A DNA stretch of 62,824 nucleotides, the filler included, from Kipferlia bialata (Eukaryota): NCBI GenBank assembly GCA_003568945.1. It is 4 parts of 3 records of this genome, joined end to end, with 100 filler letters (N's around TTAATTAATTAA, not from the genome) between each part and the next. Parts side by side here need not be neighbours in the genome. Positions count along the whole stretch, not along the records: positions 1 to 12,110 come from BDIP01000180.1; 3 more parts are not named here. One strand, given 5' to 3'. The notes below the pieces were generated by a model. That model was not told where the DNA came from and did not search any database. It worked only from the letters and a program-made list of their open reading frames with translations. Position 1 is the first letter of the stretch, and each line of letters begins with the position of its first letter. Of this stretch, positions 1-11,000 are shown piece by piece. A program made the translations under genes and the position numbers.

Positions 1-50
<50 letters not shown>

Positions 51-82
51 CATAATATGTATCGCTGTTGTCTAATGTCCAG

Positions 83-911
83 ATCTGACAGAGAGGCCCT
101 TCTCAGTGCCTGCCTTGGCCTGAGTGATGTGTCCAACCCATTCAGACCACTGTCTGTGGCCATAAAGTGCGAGGGGGCACTCTTTAGGTATGTACATACC
201 CATTTATATAGATATATATAGGTTAAAACACACATAAAAATATAGGTATTGTTCTGTCAGTACCCATCAAGTGCGAGGGGGCACTGTTCAGGTGTGTGTA
301 CATATGCATATATGTATAGAGAGAGAGATAGAGGAATGCCCCTGTCTGTGGCCCTCAAGTGCGAGGGGTATATAGATAGATATATATACACATGTTATAT
401 GTATGTATATGTATATATTTGTACACATGTGTGCCTGTTCTAATGATATAGTTACTGTCCCTATTCTAATGATTCCTTATGCTTATTCTAATGATTCATT
501 TGCTTATTCTAATGATTCCTATGCTTATTCTAATGATCCAGCGAGCAGTGCAGGGCAGCAGCCACCAGAGAGCTATTCACGCCACCCGCTCCTGAGGGAG
601 AGAGAGAGATGCCTACGAAGGAGAAGGGAGAGAGAGAGAGAGAGTACAGCAGAGCCAAGGGCAACATTTGGTTCCTCTCCCACTTTGCTGAACCCCTTTT
701 CAAGGGTCTCTCTCCCATTCTCTCTCTCGCAGAAGAGGGTATTGAGGGTGTAGAGGGAGAGAGAGAGGGAGATGGTAGTCTCCTTCAGTGGCTGGGTGAT
801 AACCTCACCAACTCAACTGAGTACTGGACGTCTAGACGTCTGGAACTAGAGTCAGAGAGAGAGAGGGAGACTCAGGGTGTTGTCTCCCCGGGCGTTGTGT
901 ATACCCCTTAG
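83..911 (+). CDS. 3',5'-cyclic nucleotide phosphodiesterase-like protein, C-terminal part (5' truncated; exons 83-187, 542-911)
   Basis: Spliced translation SDREALLSACLGLSDVSNPFRPLSVAIKCEGALFSEQ...SRAKGNIWFLSHFAEPLFKGL...LGDNLTNSTEYW follows the class I PDE C-terminal pattern (aDlSNPxRP...xQigFixxxxxPLF...NxxxW). Splice sites are canonical GT/AG and in phase. Confidence 0.7.
461..541 (+). repeat. ~21-bp tandem repeat x4 (TATTCTAATGATTCCTATGCT-like) at the 3' end of an intron
   Basis: Directly visible; the last unit ends in the CAG acceptor at 539-541. Confidence 0.85.
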
Positions 912-1476
912 ACGGGCCTGACGCCCTAGACGCCCTAGACGCCCTAGACGCTCACATTATGCGTACGTTATCTGGAAGAGTTTAGTCACATTCCTTTTGA
1001 CTCATTCTCTTTCCCTTCAATCTTTCCTTCTCTAGAAGCAGTACACTTGATCTACTTGTACAAATACCTTTCTACTGGGCTTATTATGCGCCCCATACCC
1101 ATCGAATAGATGACTCTTTGTACTTGAAGTGGTATCCGACGCCTCAAATATCATACATCTGCTTAAGATACCAAGTAGTACTGGAGAGTCACGCCACAAA
1201 TACTAGAAACCAATCTATTATTGAAATGACTGAAGCAGTATATATCCATCGTAACCATGACATAATCGCTATGATAGTCATTGAACGACCCATTCCATAA
1301 CGTGAAATGAGTCATTACTTGATGGACTGAACACACAAACACATGAAAACGTATGGAAACGTAAAAGAATGGAGAATCCCGTTAACAACCGAAGATTCTG
1401 AAAACTTCCTGAACCTTAGGAGCCGTAGTGATAGCCCTAGGTGTCTAGGCGTCTAGGCGTCTAGGCGTCTTTGCGT

Positions 1477-1781
1477 CTATGCGTCTCCTGTGATGACTCC
1501 CATGACTGACATGATGGTGTTGAGGATGCCTAAGGGGTTAGAGGAGAGGATTCATAGAATCAAAGACATAAAGGTAGTAAGGGAGTATATGAAAAAGTTG
1601 ACATTGAATATACATGCGAGCATGATGGTGATGAGGATGCCTGAATAGTTAGATGAACAGAACAACAACTGTTACTGAGTCCCTTTCAGTATATAATATA
1701 TACAATACTCTCCCACTTCCTACCTGTGACAGTCAGCACGAACCCTGTGAAGGACCAGTGCCACCTGACAATAAGGGTGCA

Positions 1782-1819
<38 letters not shown>

Positions 1820-3581
1820 GGGTACCTGATCTCATAGTTCTTCTCGAGTGCCTCTCTCTCATGCTCCAGGGCTAGCTCACGCATCCTCTCGGCCTAAGGG
1901 GTCAGTGTATAGACTGACAGAAACACGGTATTGTAACTATATGTATATATATACCTCAGCCTCTGCCTCTGCCTCTGCCTCTGAGTCCTCTTGTATACAT
2001 TACTATATATATATATGAACCTATAGTATATGTATAGACTACAACATAAATATTGCAACACTATGCATATATACAACAGATGAACAGGTATACATATATA
2101 CCTCAGCCTCCGCCTTTGCCTCTGCCTCTGAGTCCTCATATATGTATGTATAGATACATGTATACACTAATGCACTGTCTCATTATACAATATATACTAT
2201 ATATATACAGTGAAATATAGTAGATTCGCACCTCTGCCGCTGCCTTTGCCTCTGCCTCCGAGTCCTCGTGTATATACATAGAGTAATATCTAGTAGATGG
2301 TAGAGTATCTAATGTATACGCATATATGGTATATATATAGTATGTAGACATGTATACACAAACCTCTGCCTCTGCCTTTGCCTCTGCCTCTGAGTCCTCT
2401 ATGGCCCCATAGTCACTGGACTCCACATCAATCTGGTTGACGGCAGTAGCTATTGTTAGTCTAATGAAGTCATTAGAATAAGAAATAGTATATATGTATT
2501 CCTATATACTATAGTCACTGGACTCAACGTCAATCTGGTTGACACCAGTGGCTATTGTTAGTCTAATGACTCATTAGAATTTCAAATATGTATACTTATC
2601 CTATAGGATACTGGACTCACTAATACATCCACATATAATTGTAGCAGTATAGAGTATATATAGAGAAACGCATACCTTCTCCACTGAGCATTGAGTCGAA
2701 TGGCATACTATATATATAGTGTATACATATATATGTAAGATGTAGTATATACCTTCTCCGCTAAGCATTGAGTCGAATGGCCCCCTCACTGTGGCCAGGG
2801 AGTGTGCACGCTCACGGCCCATGACCCTGCTGCCAGTCTCCCTGGGGGGTTAAGGTACATAAATAAATGTACAGAGAGAGAATGTATATGTATATATATA
2901 TATAGAGAGAGAGAGAGAGATGGTCCATGACCCTGATGCCAGTCTCCCTGGGGGGTTAAGATACACTACTCTATATATATATACTATACTATATGCACAT
3001 ACATATAGTGATATATGTATGTATATATATATAGAGAGAGATGGTCCATGACCCTGCTGCCAGTCTCCCTTTGGGGTTAGTGAATACGTATATACCTTTA
3101 CTGTGAAGTTACGAGTAAACCACAAATATTCATTGAATGTCCATAATGAACCAGTCAATAGCAATGTATGTATACATATGACTATGTAGACTGCGTATAT
3201 CGATACCTTGCAATGTTCGCCAGGATGTTCCTTCTGCCAGTACCTTCACAATATATATATATATATACTAGCTATGTATACATAACATATATATAGTATA
3301 TACGTAGTATATATACCTTGCGATGTCCGCCAGGATGTTCCTCCTGCCAGTACCTTCACTATACATGTATATATACATATACTATGAGGTATATATATAA
3401 ATATATATATTGCATATACATACTTAGTATCTATATACCTAGCAATTTCTGCCAGGATGTTCCTCCTGCCAGTACCTCCACTATACATTGCAATGTCTGC
3501 CAGGATGTTCCTCCTGCCCAGTCTCCTAGGCTCATCAACCAGGGGGGCCTCGCTGGGGTGAGTGTATGTACATGTGTATAC

Positions 3582-3620
<39 letters not shown>

Positions 3621-5624
3621 CTGCCTGGCCTCCTTGGCTCATCTACCAGAGGGGCCTCACTGGAGTTAGTATATACATTGAATGTATATATATATATATA
3701 TATATATATAGTGTGTGTGAGAGAGAGAGAGAGTGAGACCATAATAACATACCTCCCGTGTGTATCCTCGTCTGAGTTCTCATCCAGGAAGTCAGCCATG
3801 TGCTTCTGCCTGAGGGTAAGGATACATGCACTAAATATAGGCATCCATTTATATGTATATGTGTATATATAAGTTCTGTACAGGAGGTCCGACATGTGCT
3901 CCAGCCAGGTATGGGATATATATACTGTACACTGTGCAATTAAACAAAACAAAAGAGTCATTAGTAGATCTAATGGGAATATCAGATAATGATATATATG
4001 CATACCTAGTCTTCTCGAGACCCGTGACGTCTGGCTGGGTCAGAGAGGCAGACATGCACCTGAGGGTAAGGAAGATATACCTAAAAATAGTATATATACA
4101 TATACATACATGTAACAGTATAGAAGAGAGAGGGAGACACACGTACAAATATTATATATATATATTATAGGTTCATGTCAACACACCTAGCTCTGCTGCC
4201 CCTCCTCCCGCTGTGGTCCCTCTCTGACACACTGGCCCTGCGCCTGGCAAACACACTGTCTGGCAATTAGGGGCTAGGGGGGGGGGAGAGATACACAGTT
4301 CATATATTTACTCAAGTATAGAGAATATAAAATTATAGATATATGCTATATAGTATAACATGTATACCCCCTCTCTGCCTCTCTGACACACTGCCTCTGT
4401 GCAAGTGGGAGATATATACACCAGTCTATATAGAATATATAGTTATAGATATATACTATATAGTATAGACTAGTACCTCCTCTCTGCCTCTCTGACACAC
4501 TGCCCCTGTGCAAGTGGGAGATGGAGTCCTCCACACACATATATATATTAGTATATATATACTATTTGCATACAATACATATGTGTGTATACCCCCTCTT
4601 TGTCTTTCAGAGACACTGCCCCTGTGCAAGTGGGAGATGGAGTCCTCGACACTGTCAATGGCATCCCTGGGAATAAGGGGCTAGAGGGAGAGAGAGAGAG
4701 AGAGAGGAAGGGAGCGAGAGGGAGATGGAGGCCTCGACACAATCAATTACGATGAGAAGGATGAGAGAGAAAGAAGAAGCAAGTGACTAGGACTGTACTG
4801 TACCGATACTTACTTGACCATTCCGTATCTGTCGGCACCGGCAAGGACAGACCTGGGAATAAGGGTGCAGTAGAAAGCAACAGATAGAGACACCATCGGT
4901 AGTATTAGAAAAAGTATGTTAGGTATGAAAGGACGAAGACGTACACTGTAGCAGCGAACACGTCCTCCCCCTCTGTGTTCTCATGGGTGTCTGAGAGAAG
5001 GTGGTGCGTGGACTCGCCGGCATCGGCACCCTCCCTGATCACAAACCTAGGCAATTAGGGGGCTAGAGAGAGAAAGAGAGAGAGAGAGAGCATCGGCACC
5101 CTCCCTGATCACAAACCTATGTATTAGAGGGCTAGAGGGAGAGAGAGAGAGAGAGAGAGAGCATCGGCACCCTCCCTGATCACAAACCTAGGCAATTAGG
5201 GGGCTAGAGAGAGAGAGAGAGAGAGAGAGAAGGTTAGATATATAGAAATTTATATATAGAGAGAGAGGGAGGATGATGGAGCCAAAGGTGGCCAAAGGCA
5301 GCGGAGAAGACTGGAGAAGTAAATGGGTCCTTGCAAAGCGTATTTGTGGTATGCTTACAGAGACGGATCACGCCAAACCCTCACACTTAGAATATCGTGT
5401 AAAACTAATTGAATATGGATGTGTGAAAGACGCATAACCATACAAAATATACATAATGTATATATAATAATTGAATACAAATCAAACAGTACTATACCAC
5501 AATTACCTAGCACTGTGCTGATGCTGGGCACCACAGCTGCTATGGTGACACTCAGGATGTATATCACAATGGTGCAGCCCAGCTCGAGACGTCCAAGGTC
5601 ATGGGTACGGGCTAAGATAAGGGT

Positions 5625-5660
<36 letters not shown>

Positions 5661-7116
5661 GGCCAAGGTCATGGGTACGGGCTGGAATAAGGGTGTAGAG
5701 AGAGAAACAGATGGGGTAACCCTGACACAGAGGATTCATATGAAGAGGGCATATATTCTATATATATATATATATATATGCACACTCACATGTGATGAGT
5801 GACACTGCTGCGTCTCTGGAGCAGTGATCCACAAGGGGGTAGCAACAGGTGACAACAGTGGCCATGAGGACCTGGCATAAAGGGGTGTAGAGGGGGAGAG
5901 AGAGAGAGAGAGAAAAAATGGTCCACAAGGGGGTAGCAACAGGTGACAACAGTAGCCATGAGGACCCAGTATATAAGGGGTGGGAGAGGGAGAGAGAGAG
6001 ATCGGTCACCGATCGAGGAAATGGTCACTCCAAACTGGTGTTATGGGTACCGAGAGAGAGAGAGAGAGACTCTGTATACCTTGAGTCCGATGGCCAGAGA
6101 ACTGTCAATAAAAAGGGGTGTAGAGGGCGGGAGAGAGAGAGAGACACTTCTAAGTGACAGAATATACCTTGAGTCCGATGGCCAGAGTACTGTCAGCCAT
6201 AAAAGGGTGTAGAGGGCGGGAGAGAGAGATAGATAGAGAGAGAGAGAGACTTTATACCTTGAGACCGATGGCCAGAGTACTGTCAGCCTTGAAGTTGAGC
6301 AGGATATCATCCCTGGGATAAAAGGGTGTAGGGGACCACATTGAGGGTCTAGGAGTCTTGTATTCATTGAAATTTGTAGTGTCGTTCACCACAGTACTAT
6401 TAGTCTACCACACCTAGTGTAGGCACATATATGGGTATAATATACAATATGTGATATATACCTAGTGTCTGTTCCAAAGACGGAGCTACCAACAAGGGCA
6501 AACACGACCTCCATGACAAGGGTCAGAGAGAGACCTGGGGTCAATCGGAGACAAGATAAGATGACAAAAGAATCAATCAGACACAACGCGTGATGAGACA
6601 TATATATTGTGATAATAATAATATGTGTTATATCCATGACAAGGGTCAGAGAGAGGCCTGTGGTCACGATAACAACAAGATAGCAGAGGAATATCGTGTG
6701 TGGATACATAATTGTGATGAAATATCATGTCAATATCCATGACAAGGTCAGAGAGAGACCTGGGGTCAATCGGAGAGTATTTCGTAGAATGTGAATACAC
6801 CAATCAATATGAAATTCATACCGTAGTCAATTCCCTTAGTGCAATGATGTCCCTCTGCTTACATGTATATACCCATATATATATATATATATCTATGTAT
6901 ACTTACCAGATAAAAATTATATATATATACTACTACTATACATATACATACCATAATTTATCCCCTTTGTCACAATGATGCCCCTCTGCTTGTGGGTGCC
7001 ACCCACATACACATCTCTCTCTCTCCCTATATACATATACTACTATACATATCATACCATAGTTGATCCCTTTAGTCACTATGACCCCCCTCTGCTTGTG
7101 GGTGCCACCCAAATAC

Positions 7117-7151
<35 letters not shown>

Positions 7152-7258
7152 CACACTATTACACTTACCATAATTAATGCCTTTAGTCACTATGACCCCC
7201 CTCTGCTTGTGTGTGCCACCCACACTGTTGTAGAGGGAGGAGATGGCAAACTGGGCAC
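1477..7258 (-). CDS. Amino-acid transporter (Aa_trans / SLC36-SLC38-like), C-terminal half, many short exons; 5' part probably lost in the N gap at 7392-7491
   Basis: Exon translations GAQFAISSLYNSVGG..KGINY / GLSLTLVMEVVFALVGSSVFGTDTR / DDILLNFKADSTLAIGLK / VLMATVVTCCYPLV..CSRDAAVSLI / CTIVIYILSVTIAAVVPSISTVL / ...WHWSFTGFVLTVTG / ILNTIMSVMGVITGDA* match the order of the last transmembrane helices of Aa_trans proteins (GxxxFG..ILLNF; YPL). Confidence 0.7.
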
Positions 7259-7495
7259 CTATTATGAGGACATATCAATATATATATATACTATATTAAG
7301 AGAGAGAGAGAGAGAGAGATAGAGAGAGAGACCCACACTGTTGTACAGGGAGGAGATGGCAAACTGGGCGCCTGGCATAAAGATATATACANNNNNNNNN
7401 NNNNNNNNNNNNNNNNNNNNNNNNNNNNNNNNNNNNNNNNNNNNNNNNNNNNNNNNNNNNNNNNNNNNNNNNNNNNNNNNNNNNNNNNNNNCTAG

Positions 7496-7551
<56 letters not shown>

Positions 7552-7704
7552 GCAATGCTAATGGGCCTGATAGTGGCTGTGATAAGCGAGGGTGCAAGAA
7601 ATATGAAGATTATGTGCATTTGAGTAAGGAGCGGTGTCCGTTATGTGTGAAGTGGGGTATGTGAGGCAGTATGATGGTGACAGATGAACGGACACTCAAT
7701 ATCA

Positions 7705-8038
7705 GTCATTCACTTCGGGCCATCTGGCAGGACTACCACCACTCTTACGCCATCACCTACACCAGTACATCCTAACGCTTACCAACTATATATGAATGGA
7801 CGCTGCAAGCACTATGTATGTGTGTATGGGTGTATATACCTAGGTGGTCATTGGCGGCTGAAATGGCAGAGTTCAGGTCGCCAGCCACCAGGAATGCATG
7901 TGCCTGGGCCATCGTGACCATTGTCCCCACGGCCCTGAGCGTGTGAATCCTGGTCCGGGTAGACATGTACGTAGTATGGACTCGTACTGTGAGGAGCCAG
8001 TCTGGGGTGGGTTGGGGCCAAGGTCGGAGAATCATCAT
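7705..8038 (-). CDS. Hypothetical protein, 5' exon(s); may or may not belong to the transporter gene across the gap
   Basis: ATG at 8038, GC-rich open frame to a GT donor near 7840 (MMILRPW...NSAISAANDHL), plausible second exon GDGVRVVVVLPDGP; head-to-head with PRP39. Confidence 0.35.
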
Positions 8039-8097
8039 TTTAGCATCAATTCAAGCACTCCAGAAAAAAGAGCAAAACCACCTCTTCTGACCCATCG
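8039..8097. promoter_or_regulatory. Putative compact bidirectional promoter
   Basis: Only 59 bp between divergent ATGs at 8038(-) and 8098(+); A-rich. Confidence 0.4.
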
Positions 8098-11000
8098 ATG
8101 ACAGCCGAGACCCCAGCTGTTCGTACTCTTGAGGACCTCCAGGTGTGTTGTGGTGGTGTTGTGCTGTTGGAGGGTTTTTCGGGGTCGTGACACCCGGTGT
8201 GTGGGGTTGTGTGGACAATACTTGTATTTTCGTTGTTTCTTTGTCATTCAGACTCTTTGCAGAGCTCCTGTGCAGGGATTACTTGGTTTGTGTGCTTCCT
8301 ACTTCATTAAGCCTCGTTATATTAACCACAGGCCGCCCTCGAGACCAACCCATACGATCTGGGTTCCTGGGACATTCTGCTGCAGGTGAGACCCTCTGGG
8401 TAATGTCTGCGTCGTTGTGGTTGGGGGCGCCGGCCCAGAGATGGGGGTGGGGGTGGTATGCGGAGGTGGTGGGGGCGAGGCTGGTCTTGTTTGGGTGTTC
8501 GGCGCGCGTTTCCCTAGTTCCTCCCAGAATCAAGAGTCTTACCTTTCAGAACCACGCCGACACTAGCGAGGACCTTGAGTTTGTGACCAAGTGTTACGAG
8601 GACTTCCTTACCGTATACCCTCTGTGCTTCTACTACTGGAGGCGTTACGCCAACAACCTTCACAGGCTCTCTGGTACGTTGCCAGTGTCTGAATCAATTT
8701 GTCACGTCATCAATCTATTGTACCCTAATACACATAGTATAGCTATTGTTATCTGATTTTTACCTGTATTCTAAGTGTTCCTAGGTAAATATATCCCTAA
8801 ACGGGGGTTGAAGGTTGTGTGGGAGGTGTTGCTGTACTCTTCGTTTCTGGTTATCTTCTATTTGTGATTTATGGTTGTATATATGGGTGTAATCTTAGCC
8901 TCTGGTGGGTGACCGAGAAAGTGAGGGGGAGTGTGCGTGCATGTTTGTGTATTATTAAGTCACCTACCTCTCAACCTCACTTATCATACAGCAACGAGTT
9001 CTTGACACAGTTGAGACTCACATATTTATGTTTATTATATTCTATTATGCCACAGTTATGATACTATTGTGTTCTAAGCATATGTCTGAGCTTTTGTGAT
9101 TATTATATCACTCTTAATATTGTAATTATTGTTCTTGTGATACCTCTCTCTTTACCATGCAGCGCCCGGCTCCAGCCTCTGATCTACATCGATAGCCTTT
9201 GCAAGAAGTAATGTATGTTATGTGGGAGTGGGAGAGCAGTTGTGTCAGTTGTGTTATGATATAGTTATGTATAATCAGTGTAGGTATTCATCTCTATAGT
9301 ATATATGTGTGGTGGCCACAAGAAATAGTGTATAGATACTATTGTGTGTTGCTTTATGTACAGTGTTCATGATATATTATACATATGTATATATACTTTG
9401 TGTATATCGTATGTATCATGTAGGTGTGATCCTTCACTATATATGTATGTAATATTGTGTTCTCTCATAACGGGTCGATATATATATACTTCTTGTATTA
9501 ATGTATAATATATATCTATGTCTTATATAATTTGTCTCTATCTATTCTACTAGTTCTATGTAGTGTGACCACCGCTTGTGATATTCGCATCTCTCTATCT
9601 CTCTGATCCCACATCTATCTCTCCCACTCCTCACCCGCAAGGAGTACCACGGCTGAATCCTCTTCTATCCATCATGCTTATTGTGTCGTATACTGTGTGT
9701 ATACTATTTACATATATACCCCTTCTCACCCCCCAGGCGAGGGTGCCTATGAGGCTGCCCTGGGCGTGTACCTGAAGGGCGTGGCCCTGCTCCCATCCCT
9801 CTTTGACCTCTGGAACGAGCTCTTTGCATTCCTCATCAAGGAGGAGGAGGGCGAGGGCGGTACGTTCTATTGGTAGTCTCTCTCTCTTTTCCTATCCGTC
9901 GTCTGCTCTCTTTGGCGAGGTCACCTCCCTCCCCCCCCCCTCTTCTCTCCCTCTCTCTATATGTATATTTCTAACCCCCAGAGAATGTGACTGCCGAGGT
10001 TGTCCTCGAGCACATGGAGAAGGGACTGTGCCTGGCCGGAAACGACTGGAGGGCAGGTATGTACATTAATATACTTCCATACTATACCCCCTCCATCCCC
10101 CCACCCTCCTCGGCTCCACCGCCAGCCTCCGTCTCTCTCTCTCTCTCCCTGTGCCCCCCCACCCCCGTCTATCCCTAACCCCTTAGGCCCCATGTGGATC
10201 AAGTACATCGAGTACGCCACCAAGACTGGCCAGGAGGAGATCATCATGAAGGCCTACCAGGTATATATGGTTAAATATGTATATATATATGCCAATACTG
10301 TGTATTTGTGTATGTCTCTCCCTCACCCCCAGCTTGCCTCCGAGCGCGTCTACGCCTCCATCGTTGAGGTCAAGACCCAGTTCGAGGCATACGTTGCCCA
10401 GGCTGGTACGGTCCATCCCTCTATCTCTATATATATGTATAGCTGTACCATGCTTACCGTCAGTGGACGCCAACCCCATGGGCGCCTCCATCATTGCCTC
10501 CTTCGACCACTCCATCGAGACAGCCACTAGGTATGCATATATATATGTATATATGCATATGTATATCTGTGTATATATGTATATATATATGGTATTTATA
10601 TGGGACCTCACCCCCAGGGTTGTCGAGGACGAGAAGCGCGTGGCCACCCGCACCTTCTTCCACCCCTCCCCCCCCGACGCCCCCTTCGTCTCTGCCTGGA
10701 GGAAGTACCTCACCAGGGAGAGCAACCCCAAGGTATATATACAATATACATATAACCCTCTCTCTCTGTGTGTGTGTGAGTCTTGATGATATACTCACTC
10801 CCTAGGCTGTCGTGAAGGCACCCGTCGTTGCTGCCCCCGCCCCCGTTGAGGCCCCTGCCCCTGTCCCTGTGCAGCCACCCGCCGGCATTGTGGCTGGTGC
10901 ACCAGGTATATATATGTGTATATATGTATTTATATTCTCTTTCTTTCTCTTTGGTTTTCAATATGAAGTGTTCTCGTGCTTACCCCCCAGGTGAGGTTGC

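Noticed and set aside
912..1476. MITE or DNA transposon between the inverted CTAGACGC arrays
   Set aside because: The arms differ in unit length (9 vs 8 nt), no target-site duplication is visible and there is no second copy in the window; kept only as a motif finding.
1532..1541. Scattered GGGGTTAG/CTAACCCC telomere-like motifs
   Set aside because: Single copies located at intron 3' ends; they are the branch-point/acceptor signal.
1950..7372. CRISPR-like arrays of 30-60-nt direct repeats with spacers
   Set aside because: The repeats are fragments of adjacent exons, differ from locus to locus and have low-complexity spacers; the host is eukaryotic and no cas genes are present.
8035..8247. 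Minus-strand ORF with CPHNPTH resembling a CHHC zinc finger
   Set aside because: Wrong His spacing, no final Cys, and antisense to PRP39 exon 1 and intron 1.
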